Assembly: GCA_030141605.1 (NCBI GenBank)
Contig: JAQGDQ010000027.1
Span: 248,001 to 312,000 of the forward strand
Direction: 5' to 3'
From: Tubiluchus corallicola
Lineage: Eukaryota; Animalia; Priapulida
DNA: 64,000 nucleotides
Below are positions 36,500-50,424 of the stretch, in pieces. The position numbers and the translations under genes are program-made. Position 1 is the stretch's first letter, and each line of letters begins with the position of its first letter. The notes under the pieces were generated by a model. The model searched no databases. It was not told the DNA's origin and was given only the letters and a program-made list of their open reading frames with translations.

Positions 36500-36750
36500 G
36501 TGACCGGTAATAAAGTCACAGGAAAAAGAGACAGAAAAACAAGTCACAATTTTGGCTAGGAAAAAAGTCACAGGAAAGTAATCACAATTAATTTTGACTG
36601 GGCTATGGTTAGCGTAAGGGTTAGGGTTAGGATTAGTGGATAGAATAAGGGTTAAGGTTAAGTTAAGGGTTATGGTTAGGGTTTCCTTTCCTATGCCTCT
36701 TTTCTGCGACTTTTTCCTGTAACTTTTTTACCTGTGACTTTTTTTACCTG
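36500..36750. mobile_element. MITE with internal telomere-like (TTAGGG) degenerate repeats
   Basis: AAAGTCACAG repeats on the left, CTGTGACTTT on the right, GGTTAGGGTTAGG core. A related structure is at ~53990-54100. Confidence 0.6.
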
Positions 36751-38348
36751 CATTCTCTGAAGTATAATGAAAAGAAGCTGTGTAAAAGAATATCATTTAT
36801 GCGCAGTTTCTAGTTGGTCAAATTTTACTGATCTGTTTCTCGGGGTTTCTATTGTAGGTTTGAGAGTTTTTGTGAGGTTTGTAAATCTTATCGTCATTGA
36901 CATTATCATTCTATATCTCTTTGCACCTGGAAAGCCTAGTTAATGTTTCACAGCGCTTATTCGTCTAATTCTGTGCTTTGGGGCGTAATTTTTTCCAGAC
37001 GAAAAATTTTCCGCAGTCGTGGATATTTGTTCAAAACTGTCCAAGCCACAGTTGTTAACTTTATTCACGAAGTACTAGATTTGTAGACTGACTTTACATT
37101 CAATAATACGTGAAATAGTATTGTAAATTTTAACATGGCTGGATTCACTGAATCATTGCAAAATTATCAGAAACCTGCGTTCGCTAATGGATATAAACAG
37201 TTTTATACGCTACTGATTTGGACCAGTCACTGCGTTGCGCTATTTACAAATGTCACACCAATTCTGACAGCCGACTGAGTGCGTGTGTGCAATTGCAGAA
37301 GATTAATCAGAAAGGTTAGTCCGTTATTAATACCTACTGAGATTATACATGTGGGTTAATTTATCATTGTATGGGAAAGATAAGAGCGCACGAAACCATA
37401 CTTGAAATCTTACAACAGTGCACGCAATCTTGCAACAGTGAGGAGGGCATTTATTTTCCATTTGTAATTGCAGTAATGCAATATTCGACCGATACTACTT
37501 ACAGCGATATTTCCTAACTGTGTTATGTAGCAGACTGATGAACGTTTGTCTGATGACACACGTACAACTGTGGTACGCCAAAATTCGACCGAAAGTATTA
37601 GCGAATTGTTGCAAAATTTCCAGTTACTATTTTTCTCAACAACACACAACAACGTTTTTGTTGGTCAAAAATACTCAAAAGAGTATGAGTCATTGTTTCA
37701 CAGCAGCAAGTCACATTTTCACTGGGTTCATGGTACTCGTAAAAAGCATCATTGACCTTATTTTTGTTGCACGACAAAAGTTTATGGAAAAAAGTTGAGT
37801 GAGCAGGCACACGCAAGATTCTAGTGAATCGAAAATGTTAGGAGATAACAGAAAGCAATGTGTCAATGTGACGTCAACAAAATCTTAGAGTTCATATGGT
37901 TTATATTCGCATTAACTTACCAAGTTGGACAGGAGTGGCGACTCCATTCGACATGTTGTCGTTCATAGTGACGTCATGCTCGTACATTCCCACGTATGGC
38001 CCGTGGCCACCTGTTTCCATTATACGACTAGAAATATATCTAAAAATACAAAAATCTCAATTTTACTGCTTTGAAGCGTCGTATGTCAAGAATTATAATT
38101 GCTGATATAATTACGTAAGCTGTTATTTTGGCATTTAGGTTGGCATTTATATTACACAAAATGAAACCACGAAAATCGCCAAGAATCTGACACTTATTAG
38201 CAACACAGACATAATATCGTTTACGTGGAAATGTCAGGAAGGCTTTTGGGATTACAGATACGTTGTGGTCAGGGTTTTAGCCGTATTCATTAAAAGTGAA
38301 TGACAATGACGACATAGTTTCAGTTTTCCAAATTAATTCAGGTTTTTC

Positions 38349-38924
38349 CAAAGCCGTCTTTCCAAAACAGCATTATAGGGCCCCGGGCAAAGCAGTACAC
38401 TGGGGCACCTACCTATACAGCAATTCGCAGGAATAAGAATGCAAATGGTTGATAAAATTGAACATATTTATTGTTTTGGTACTTCCAACAAAATTTGTGT
38501 TTGAACATTAAAAAAGGATGTACAGCAAAGATTAATCAACACAAACGTTTGAACAATAATACAACTTGAGTCTTGAAAAACACAAAAAATTCAAAATATA
38601 AATGATATTCAATTGTTGAACCATACAGACGGAAATGGCACAGTATGAAATTGCTGCGAATTATTATTAATCAGATGTTAAAACACACACATTTGCGTAA
38701 TTTATTTGCAGAAAATTGCTTTATAATTGGCTTGAATGAAGCGCGTGAAATCCGTACCCATATATGCACTAGAGGTTGCAGAGGTCACCGTGATACTAAA
38801 TCAGAGGCTAATGTCAATGTCAACTAGTGACACAATAACAAACATATATAGATTAACTTTGGGCCCCTATGCTCGTGGGACCCCCGGGCAACTGCCCGGC
38901 GTACTCATGCGTCAGACGGCCCTG
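38349..38924. mobile_element. non-autonomous hAT element with 8-bp TSD
   Basis: Termini CAAAGCCGTCT / AGACGGCCCTG; flanks GGTTTTTC (38341-38348) and GGCTTTTC (38925-38932); GGGCCCC subterminal motifs. Confidence 0.75.
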
Positions 38925-39839
38925 GGCTTTTCGGTTCTGAAATGCAAGAACTTTTTCCAGACAAATGAGTCGGATAAATAATTTTATCTGAGAAAGAATA
39001 ACAGACGGATGCGGTTTTACAAAAAAAGGCAGGTATATACATTTGATCAACAACTAATTGGCTAAAACGACAGCCTATTATTATATAAACTCGTTCAAAG
39101 AGAAAACGATATTGCGGGTTTTGTTTCAACGAAATATGATGTTGTTTATTTTGAAAATATTTATTCCTGCAAGTTTATTTTAACGCTCGCGTGGGACAGA
39201 AAACTCGGTATAATGATAAGTGAAGGCATCGTATAGTTTACAGAAGTTGTTGTTTTAGACAAAAATTTCGTATTTGAAAAAAACAACTTTTAACAGTTTA
39301 GAAAAATTGGCTTACCTTTTCAAGAAAACATTATTTAGTCGTCTTTAGGAGTGATGAATACAATAACGTAAATTGTGATAAAAAATTATGTAATTCGAAT
39401 ATAATTCTTATCAGAAGATCTGAGCAAGTTCATATTTACGATTGTTTAAGTAATTGTGAAGTCAAATAGTCCATATTCCGGCTAGTTTGTCTTCCCAGGA
39501 GAACAAATTAATTCCATTTCATACAGTTGTACGATATATTAGCAGAACGGAACTAAAACATAGTTAATTTAACTTGGTAAAAGACCTAGCCTGAAAAAAT
39601 TAATTCTACTCTTGCAAATTAAAACTGGCTACTCACAGAAAACGAGATTATTCCTACGTTTACAATTCCTTGTCTTTGTAATGCAAACTTCTGATTCACT
39701 CGCCATTTTCTAGTTTTCCCCGATAGCAGCAGACCAAAAACTATATTATAACAGTTCTAAGTCTGCGCCGAAGAAAAACTGGGAAATAGGTAAATAAATG
39801 CACGCGTAAAACTGTACCATAATGTTAACAAAATGTTTG

Positions 39840-40160
39840 TGACGTCGATGGATACATGACATCATATTATAACATCGAGAGATCTTATTAATAATGTGAA
39901 AAACTAAAAAGATATGGTTATTATTATAGTGGTCACGTTTTCCGTATTGTAATGTATTGATAAGTGCCAAGTTGTTGACAGAGGTGCAAAAATAAAATGT
40001 TCATGACGTAGATGGATACATGGCTTCATATTATGGCATCGAGAGATCTTATTAATAACGTGAGAAACTAATGAGATATGATTATTATTATTATGATGGT
40101 GACAACTTCCGTATTGTAATGACGGAAATGATATCGATAAGTGCTAAGTTGTTGACGGAA
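39840..40160. repeat. diverged tandem duplication, unit about 165 bp
   Basis: TGACGT.GATGGATACATG...CATCGAGAGATCTTATTAATAA...TTCCGTATTGTAATG...GATAAGTGC.AAGTTGTTGAC occurs twice. Confidence 0.85.
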
Positions 40161-42340
40161 TATACCTACAGAAAAGATGATGTATTACGATGAGTCTAAA
40201 TAGTCTATACATTGGGAGCTTGAGACAGACTCAGACAGTACGTCAAAATTAAATTTGACCGTTCTATACGGCTGCAGCTGAGACGTGATTTTTCCGCTTC
40301 GCTGAGGGACCAGCAAATTTGATGAACCTAAAAATCGATGTGTGAGTAGGCGAGCTGCTTATATGATACATGCCCTATACTGTATCAACCGTGAAGATTA
40401 ATGGATTTACTTTATTTATGGATGTTATTTAAAAAAATTTAGCTTCCTGGTGATTTTTGAGTTATAAACACTTATAACTGTAATGATTTAATTTATTGTT
40501 TTATCTTTAATTTTAAATGACGTGTTGTTAATTTTATCTGTATAAATGTCTACATTCCTATTTATCATTAAAGTATTTCCACTTAAGTTGTTTAGCAATG
40601 TGTGTTACTAAATATAACAGCAAGAATATATATAAGTATTGGTCTGTTTAATATTAATGTTGTACATATAATATTATTATTCTATAGAATAATTCCTCCT
40701 CTAAATAGGCCTATATCCAAAGTTGTTGAATGAATCCTTCAGAATTACAGTCAGACAACGATATTTACAGAGAAGTTACTTTGTAGTTTACTCACACATG
40801 CATAGGCGTAAATAAGCATGTGAGATTGTATGTTTGTATGTGTGCTTAGCACCGTCTGTGTATATGTATGTAAATGCTTGTATGTTTGTGCTCCTGTATG
40901 ATGTGCAAATTCAACAATGAGTATAAAGTATAATTATAAATTATGTATATAATGTTTGAATGTGTCTGCTTGTATGTGATGTGTATATTCTTAAGCAAAT
41001 AATTATATGTTTGTGCATGATTATAGAAATTTTTTGTAATGCAAGTCTAGGCATCATTACGTAATATGATACATGATGTCTATTTTGCAAATAATATAGT
41101 TCAAAGTCCCACTCAATGTTTATGTGACACTAACAAATAGGCACGTACTCATGAGAAATGTTCCAGTATGTATATTGTTTATTGTGTGTAAAGACTAACC
41201 ATTATTATATCACTTCATTGCAAATTTATTCATTTTCGTAATAATGATCAACACTGTAGTAAATGCTAAGTACCAAGCTATCGACGGATGTACAGAAGTG
41301 TTAATGTACATCAAGGCACGGGCTTTATGGGATGCAGCCCAGAGGCCTCCGCCGGCTAAGGCCCCCCAGAGATTAAGTGGAGTTAGTATACACCGTGAAA
41401 AGTGACTACAGAATAAGTATTATGAATTATCTTTTTAAGTAGGGCTCAGTTAATTAATATACAATGTAATAATAAACTCGAATTGTTTCTTGTCCATTAT
41501 TCCAACTCATTGGTACTGTCACACTGCCATCCTGATTACAATATCAATTATTACTGGGAGCCGGGGCTTTATAGTATCTGAAAAAGCATCGAGATTTTAT
41601 ATAGATTTTCTTAGACAAGATTTTATATATAAAATGTTGCATGCGCGTTTGACTCTGCTTACATTTGAGAGTAGCCAATACAACGCATTTCTAAAGGTTT
41701 CACGAATGGAAATTTTGAGCTGAACTGCATAATTCAAGCCCGCGGAGAAAAGAGGTGATTGATATACAGGAAGAGAAAACAATTTTACTTGAATATATTT
41801 CAAGTTTAGAGAGAAGCGATGGCATGTAAATTGCTTTCTATTTGAATAACAGAGTGATCAGTTTTGAAGATCCATGAACGTCAACTGAATGGCTCATTTC
41901 GCAAATAAATCAGCACTTGGTTTCAGTTTACGTACGAACTGCATGAATTACCTCAGATTAAAGCCGATGTGGAACGGGGTGACCGTATAAAATATTGATC
42001 AGCAGAAATCGCGATTCTGCCAACTTGTATTTTAGTAGTTTCGTGATCGTGTACTAGTAGATTTTTTGATGTACTAACACTGGTTCTATATATAAGTCGA
42101 TTTATTATTATAGCCAGAAGGTTGAATTGAAATTCAGCACGAACTTGTAAAATATAAAAATGAAAAAAATATATCCAAGATAGACACACGGCGACAAACA
42201 ATATTACACAGTAAACACGGACTAAACATGTAAAAATGAACTTGAACGTTTGAAAGTTAAAAACAAACGAGATAAAACTGTTCTCGTGCTCGAATTCTGT
42301 GTTTTGTATTTTGGCAAATAAATGTGAAATGATTACCATA

Positions 42341-42727
42341 CAGGCTAGTATAAGATGCAGCCTAGGGCCCTTCAAGTTTGGAGGGCCCAAATTTTGAATT
42401 TTTAAGAATAATTCATAAAACTTGAAATAAAATTTCAACTGTAAAAAATGAGGTCCGAGAGTATGAAAACCCGCTTTTAAAAAAGTGGCCCCTTATTTGA
42501 GATAAAGGACCACTGGTCTAGGCCTTTTATTTGAGATAAAGGATCCTTGCGTGACGTCCTTTATTTGAGATATGGCTTACCACCTATTTAAATGTCGTTA
42601 AAATTTATCACAAGGAAAAATATTCAGGGGAGTTCAATTGGAGCAGGGGAGTTATAATGTGACTCCGTATGAGGAAGCCGCATAATTTCATTAGCCTAGG
42701 GCCCCCAAAAGTCATAATCCGGTCTGA
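42341..42727. mobile_element. decayed hAT-like non-autonomous element
   Basis: GCCTAGGGCCC motifs near both ends, right end TCATAATCCGGTCTG, three internal TTATTTGAGATA repeats; no clear TSD. Confidence 0.45.
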
Positions 42728-44869
42728 TGGCGAGTGCCAAACATGTAGATGTTTCCGGCAATAGAGTATTAATTACAGTGTGTATTTTAAATTGATAGGA
42801 ACAATTTTTTATAAAAAATTCGAATCCCGGTAAATACGGGATTTTTCAAAGTACTCAATATGGTATCTTAGTAGGTAAGATGAACAGTGTGTTTTTTCTT
42901 GGCTGCAGCACTAGATTACTGCATGTACTTTGTGAGTTTAACTTCCGTGATGATGAAATTCATGGTTTGGACTCGTAGAACTTAGTTTTGTCTTTTTCAG
43001 GCGTTTCATCAAAAATCACAATCGGAGTCAAACGCGATTTACCTAAGCTAAAATTTTCTCAATCAAGCCTTGCAGTGACTAACAGGGCTTCAAAGCACAA
43101 CAACATAAGCACTAGGCCTTTCGTTGAGAAAATTACGGTAAAACAAAGCTGACGACGTAGTAACGATGATAATTTACTTTAGAAAAGCTTGCTGGGAAAA
43201 TATAAATAGAGAATTACGTACAGGTAATAATAAAATATAGACAAATATACTTACCAGTAAAAACAACGGCGATAACAATAATATAGTTAATAGATGCTCT
43301 GTGTTGTCTGGACGTGTACTATATTGTCTTCCTCTTGTAATAGACTACGGTGTAGATGTAGAGTTCTTCGATATGTGTCGAGGTGCGACACAAATGTGTT
43401 GCAGAAATCATAGTCACTTACGAAGATGAATTAACTTGAAGATCTGTGTTCTCGTGGCGTGGATGGCCGCTGTCCAGCAGCCATACCAAGCCAGTTTGCT
43501 TGCTGAAAAAACCAACAGAGCTCACTGATGCTCACTCAGAACGCACAAGAAGAACTGTTGAAGCCAGTAATGTACAGTTAGTTTAAAACAGAAGGCCCCT
43601 CAATGCACGGTGTTGATGATAAAACGTTGAAGATTTCTGTGTAGTGCTGAAGCGTTGAAGGTATCTGAAAACGACAGTGATTAGCAGCTGCTAATGGCGG
43701 GCTGGTTAGTGAAGCAGCGACAAAGTGAGACAAACCGTTCTCAGTATGAAAGGCAGGCGGAAGAGAACTTACACACGTCTTCCTCTGGGATGGCTTCATC
43801 TCTGGCTTCGAACAGTATGGCTTCGTTTGCGCATGCGCACGTAATAGTATATCCTGTATGAGTGGGCCATTCTTGGCATTGATTTTGCAGGTCTGTAGAT
43901 GGGATAGGTTTAATGTACGTCACTCTACTTTTCTATCTGCATGTCTGCACGTTCACCAATGAGGCCCAAAATGTTTCTTGACTTATGCGACTGGAAAACA
44001 AGCTCTGGTCATGTGCCAAGAAATAATCACATGGTTGACTGTCCAGAAAAAAACCGAAAAAAGCAGAAGCTGCAAACGTTTGTTAAAGCAAAATCAAGAA
44101 GGCGTCAAAATCAGTTTAAACCTTTAAGTTGAATTTGATAAATTCGTTTGAATAGCCATCACTGTGCCGAGTGCATATAAGAGAATTTCAGAATTATTAG
44201 TAATAGTTATATGCATATTGACCAATATTACTCCGAGATTATACCAAGAGTGTAGTTACAAATTAACACTTCATTTGAAATGCAAATAATTAGTCGAATA
44301 AATTGCAAAGTGTAAATCACTACCCTTTCCTTTAAGCACTTGACCAGTTACCGTGACCAGCTACACTCAGATGCATCTTCTAAAATAAAATTAGTATCAG
44401 TGTAATTAAACAAGTTCTTGGGTTGTCAAAGTTAAGGCCGAGATTCCTGTAATTATAGCTCATTCTAAGACGCTCACTAATTTTACATTCACAAAAAATA
44501 CGTTACTCTGTTTGTATGTTTTCTCTACATTAGTATTTCTACTACTCGTTCATTAATTTTTCTACTCTTTTTCTATTTACATTTTCTTCATTTCTTTCCT
44601 ACTTTCTTACTCGCTTATTTTACTTATTCTGATTTCCTTTTCATTTCGACCTTGAAAGCTTCAAGAGCCTACGGAAGACACGCAACGCTCCCCACTCTTT
44701 AACAAAATCTGCACAAGCAAAGAAACCAAATCAATATAGCAACAGATTGAAACAATTGTCTAGGTTGTATGAATACGTAACCACGAGGAGAGTATCACGT
44801 ACGTTGACAAGGGTAAGATTACAATATGCACGCTTATATGGTAACATTAACATTTATAATCATAATTTT

Positions 44870-45030
44870 AACAATACTATTTAGTAATGACGGAACAAGC
44901 ACACAGTACTCGTATTTGGAAACCAAACTTGGTCCGGAATAAGAAAGAGTCTGGATTGAGCGTGGATTCGCACCAGGAAGCTTTAGATTACAATCCAATG
45001 CCACGACCACTAGACCATTCAATCCCAGTT
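44870..45030 (-). mobile_element. tRNA-derived SINE head (decayed)
   Basis: Minus strand A box TGGTCTAGTGG and B-box-like GGTGCGAATCC at tRNA spacing; no acceptor stem; followed by non-tRNA body. Confidence 0.5.
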
Positions 45031-47372
45031 ACACGTATTTAGACAGGTCTTGATTTAATCATTATTGATCTATTTCAGCGTTTCCAAGAATTAGTTTACT
45101 CCCTCTGAAGCGATAATTTGCTAATTACATTACATTTTGTAAATACGTCACTTTTATGGGCCAGCAGGTAGTTTGCTGTTTGGGGATTAAGTTCCCTGCT
45201 GCTGGCCCGGGCACGCTAGTGAAGCCTTACTGTCGTACATATGCTGTTTAGAGAATTCATTAGGGAATTTTGTCAGATTTATGCCTCAAGATTTACTGAT
45301 CCTTCATTGAAAAACTCTGTTTTCGCAATCTTTCACTGATGTATGCCTATGGTGTCAGACAAGCTTGGAATATACATGCTTGCTTAACACTCCACTATAT
45401 CTATCATTCGTAAATGGGCTTAATAAATAAAATTCGTAAATAAATACATCAAATTTATTATTTATACATCAAATTTATTATTTAAACACTACAGAGCCGA
45501 GGCTTGCAAATTTTATTGCGTCAGATTTGCTTTAAATTTGTCAAAAATAGTCCTTCTTTAGGTCGTTCTTAAATGGGTTTCGCTCTAAACTCACTATGTG
45601 GAAGAATTACTGAGCTTTGTTAAGTACTAAACAACATTTCCACAAAGTTTTAGTGAAGGAGTAAGAAGTGAATCTAAAGGTCAAAATAGCGCCCCCTTTA
45701 GGCAGATCTTAAGATATTTTTAGGATTTATGATTGTGGTCTCCATATAGAAGTTCATTAGTGAAGGTTTTGACTTTCGTCTCATTGATAGATGCTAAAAT
45801 GCAATTTTAAACTGATTTGGGGAGTAGCATTAAGAGTGTCTCCCACCTACTGCAGCAGTTAAAAATTCAAGCATAAGAAAACACGATTCTTAAATAAAGC
45901 TAAATAAATTCGTCTTACGATTTTGTATCGCCTACATACTGTCTTATTCCGAAAAGAACTTGTATTAGCAGGAGCATTGTAGAAAACTTGACAATTTAAA
46001 TTCCCGTGAACGACCGTTAGATACAACCATTTCAGTCGTTTGAAGCAAGTTTAGATAAGTATGGGCAAAGTTAAAGAAATAATCAGAGAATTCGCATGTA
46101 CATTTCACCAACTAAGCAAATGCAAAAAATTACTTTATCTTCTCAATAAAATTAATTTTATTTTTTGGTGAACCAGTGGCTTTTTTTGATGCACACTGGG
46201 AAGGTGAACCAGTGATGTTTTATCAGTTGGCGCGAACATTTTAAATTATTAAGAATTTTCTTTTTCAGTGACATGATGTCTATCAGTATCAAACAGGTAA
46301 GCTTAATATAAAGTACTATAACTTGTACTGAAGGTTTTTTGAGACAATACATTAAAATTCCCTTTAAAATGCCCCATAGGTGACTTATTTATATAATACC
46401 AATCTCAGCTCGCTCCTAGAGCAAATAAACTACATGTATACTTTTGAGGTATCACTGAGTTATAAGACCCAAAACGTTGTGCCGTGAAAACAGGTGACCC
46501 ATAAATTTAACTTAATCGACTTAATAACATAACGTGCATGTTTACTTTTTCTCTCACGCGCTCATTTACATGCAAATTGGTGCATTAATTAATCATGCAG
46601 CATGCATGTTCACTGTTTAGTGATGCGATTCAGCCTCTTGATTTAAAATTAATTGCATGAATTAATGACGAGCTCGCCAAAATGGCTGACGTGCTTTTTA
46701 GCTACGTAAAATGATTGTAAATCAAACTGTTGTCATTTTAGCGCCTTTTAACATGTCTGAGCCACGAAAGCAAGAAACTTCTGTCATTTAAGAGCAATGA
46801 CAGTAACTTCTCCCGACAAAAATCAAAACAACACAAGTCACAGAACCAAAGAATGATCAAATGGAGATGAAAAGGAGAGCAGAGAAGTATATTCAAGTTT
46901 AATTAGTGCATCATCGTTAGCATCATCATCAACATATCATCACTGCCGACAATATCGCCATCATAGACATCATCAAGCCATCATCATTGTCGGCAGCATC
47001 ACCATTATAAACATCATCACTATCAACATATTTACAATTGTTTTCTAAACAATTCATCCACCATAAGCTTATATGCTTACAACACAATTATTTTTCATCT
47101 GTTTTTCTTTAGTTTATAGAATTAAGACATTTATGATGAGCGTTAGTTTACAGTTTACTTCTCCGCTGCTACTACACTTCCAGCTTGCAATATTGTTAAA
47201 TATCTCCGTATCATATTGTAAATGTAGATTTAATTCTAATTTTCGCTGATTAATAATATTAAAGGAATAAATAAATAAATAATATTGTGTGCAACCGGTT
47301 TGTAAGTCAGTTTGCATGTATATATTGCCGAGTCTTAAAAAAATCAATGAATAAATGCTGCATAAAAATGCT

Positions 47373-47395
47373 TTATTATTATTATTATTATTATT

Positions 47396-47451
<56 letters not shown>

Positions 47452-47473
47452 TATTATTATTATTATTATTATT
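47373..47473. repeat. compound microsatellite (TAT)n(CAT)n(TAT)n
   Basis: Directly visible; probably the tail of the adjacent LINE relic. Confidence 0.95.
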
Positions 47474-47960
47474 AATTCTTCATTCAACGTGGATAACACT
47501 TTGACCAACAATTACAAAAGTATTAGTTATTTCCGAAGGGGTCCACAAGATAAAATAAAGACAAGAACATTACAAAAATATTGCACACTGGGAGTATTAA
47601 AATATCTGATTTAGAAATTACTCAATTATACAGTTTAAAAACAATTTAAATATCACAATTTATACAGATTGGATAAAACAAAATATGCAAATTATACACA
47701 ATATAAACAAACATAAACACAATCAGTACATTTTAGTAAAACATCTGCAGTAAGAGATAAAAAGAAAAGAAGACACAAAAACAAAAATACGTATCCAAAA
47801 CATATTATTGGAAGCATATCAGCTGTGGAGTGAGAAGGGCAAAAGCCATGCTGAAAATTATCAGTATTACTAAGATATAAGAACATGACGCATGTTCGTT
47901 TAGCAATGCTTAAAATATCTTACTGATGATTGGCAGCAAGCTAATAAGACCCGTGATTTG
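47474..47960 (-). mobile_element. degenerate LINE fragments (RT N-terminal piece plus 3' tail)
   Basis: ISLLPIISKIF*...FQHGFCPSHSTADML resembles the RPISLL...QHGFR..RST motif of CR1/jockey-group RTs. Confidence 0.55.
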
Positions 47961-49629
47961 TGGGGCTTTACCGCTCACCGCTGTACTCACGGCTCCTTGA
48001 ATATGGGCTGTGCACAGTAGAGTTAACTGTTTAAGCTAATTTTCATGAGGAAGTAAAGCATGCAAAAGCTAGTTGTGCAAGTGTTATATAACCTGTCCAG
48101 TAAAAACCTGGGTTGTACACTTTTAAGCTATCATGTGGAATTCCATGAACTCAGTCCGGGAGCTTTTCTGTGATCCAGATTTGTCTATGTACCAGTCTAT
48201 GTGTGACAATTATAAAGATTAGAGATTGAAGAATCTGTTTTGAGTGGAAATAACGGACACTAGTGTCCATCATTTTTGTTCGTATTTTCACTATTTGAGA
48301 TTCACTGCTATGCAAGTTACTGAAGTTATGATCACATAATTATAATCGTGTAACTGTGTAGCTAATGGGATATGCATCTCCAATTTATTCGCTTGTGGGA
48401 TGTTTGCCCGCCTGCTATTTCGTTTTTTATGTGAAAATTGTTTCATTTATAAATGCTTTCACCATTTTTTCGGTTTTTTCTTAAAATGCTTCATAGATTT
48501 CCGGCGAAACGACCTATTCAACTTATCCGGACGATACGGGTGAAAGGGAACGGCTAGTCAGCAAATGGCACGTTTGCGTTTGTCATGCATATGTTCCTCG
48601 CTGTACAGGCTTAGTTCAATATGCATGATGGTCTTATGGTAAAAACACAAGACGTAGGTGTACTGCTTGGAAACAATGCCTATGCATGATGTCCTTGTGC
48701 TAAAAACACAAGACGTAGGTGTTCTTCTAGGAAACGCTCCCTGCACATACCTACATGGTGTTTTGCCGTCTCGCTACAATATCTACGAAAACAATACGGG
48801 GACTAAAAGGACATAATTTTATTGTGCGTCTCTTAAATTTTCTTTGTCAGCGAACGACGTAGAATTTCAATTGGGCTCCAAAAAGAAGTGACTTTAACGA
48901 TGTAAAATTGCAAATACGTAGAAAGCGATATAAGTCTTTCTTAGTAAACATGCAGAGTGTAACTACTAACTACCTTGATGAATCCATAATTTAAATATTT
49001 TAATTGTTACATGGTTCTCTGCTACGACGATCTGCAAAAATAACCAGAACCAGAAAAAATATTTAACAAGAACAAGGTTCAAATTTCGTGCAAGAGATAA
49101 ACATGTCAAAGCCGTTGGGTTAATTCAGCAATGGAGTGCTCCGCAGTTAATTCTCAAACAGACCACTCATTGATCAACATTGCTTATTGCTCAAGGCTAT
49201 TTTTCTGATGAAATGAAGTTGGCTTCTTGCCAACTAGTGTAGAGATGAAGCCAAAATCCGTGAAACACAGGAAACAAGGAAAGATTGATGTCTGTTATTC
49301 CATTATAACAGTGGACAATTAAAGACTATATGAAAATAATGATTTTATGTAAATACAGAATGTTATACATCTGGCAAAGACTGATAGCTAATTCTGTAAG
49401 ATGGAGAAATATTGTGTTATTTCATTATTTTATCCGAAATAAGTAGGCTTTAATTGTTGTGTACTGGCCTGGTCAGACTTATTTTTTGTAAACACAATTT
49501 GCCTGAATTTAACTTTTGGATGGTGCTCTTCATTACTGTTTTTAAAGCAGGCACTAGTATTTCATAAAATCACTAGACATCTCCTTCTTCAGGGAACAAA
49601 GATTTCAATTGGTACAACATGTACAATTT

Positions 49630-49940
49630 AACAGATTGAATAAATGAATGACTGTACAAATGAGTGAGTGATGGAATAAATAAATGAATAAATAAATGAG
49701 TAAGTGAATGAATTATCACATGAATGATAATAGATGAATAAAAAAAGAAAGAGACAAGAGAACAAATAAGCACATGAACAAATAAAACAAACAAACAAAT
49801 AAACACATTAAAATTATAATAAACGAACAAACAAATGCACGAACACACAAAAACAAACAAGTAAATGAAAACATGAATGAATAAATGAACGAATTTAGTG
49901 GAGAAACCAGTGCGTGAGTGAATGAATGATAAAATGAATA
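49630..49940. repeat. degenerate (AATG)/(AAAC)/(AAAT) low-complexity tract
   Basis: Directly visible. Confidence 0.8.
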
Positions 49941-50424
49941 CAGCAAGTTGTATGCTTTCTTTTCTTTTTTTATCCAAAATTCCGAGTAATTTTGTGAACA
50001 TAATTTGCTCAATACAAGTTTGGTCCGTCGTAATGGCGCAAATTGAAATTTTAGGTTTGGTTCATTGTTGATTTTGTCATAGCTTCTAATCATTCATTCA
50101 GTGAAGAAATCTTGCGTCCACATATTTGATTATGATAGTATAATTCGTGGTAACTCGCAGTAATCGTAAAATTGGCATGTCCGCATTATAGTGAACCTTG
50201 GTGCTTGGTGAATAGTAGTAAGATGTAGATGTTTACTGATTGTTTTTACTAGTTTAATTAATACCAACTGCCTATAGTTGATATTTGTACACAGTAATTG
50301 TATAGACAAGAAGTTAGCCTTCAAAACCACAATAAACGATTTGTCTTAATGAATGTTCTAAGAGTAGTAATTGGGCATCAATTCTATTAGGTGAGCACAA
50401 TCACCGGACAATATGGTATAACAC

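Noticed and set aside
41953-42438. 161-aa hydrophobic ORF
   Set aside because: AT-rich, overlaps a decayed DNA transposon, and has no recognisable motifs.
47287-47475. Poly-Tyr/poly-His ORF
   Set aside because: Translation of a microsatellite.
49573-50093. Hydrophobic 125-142 aa ORFs
   Set aside because: Produced by AATG/AAAC low-complexity sequence.
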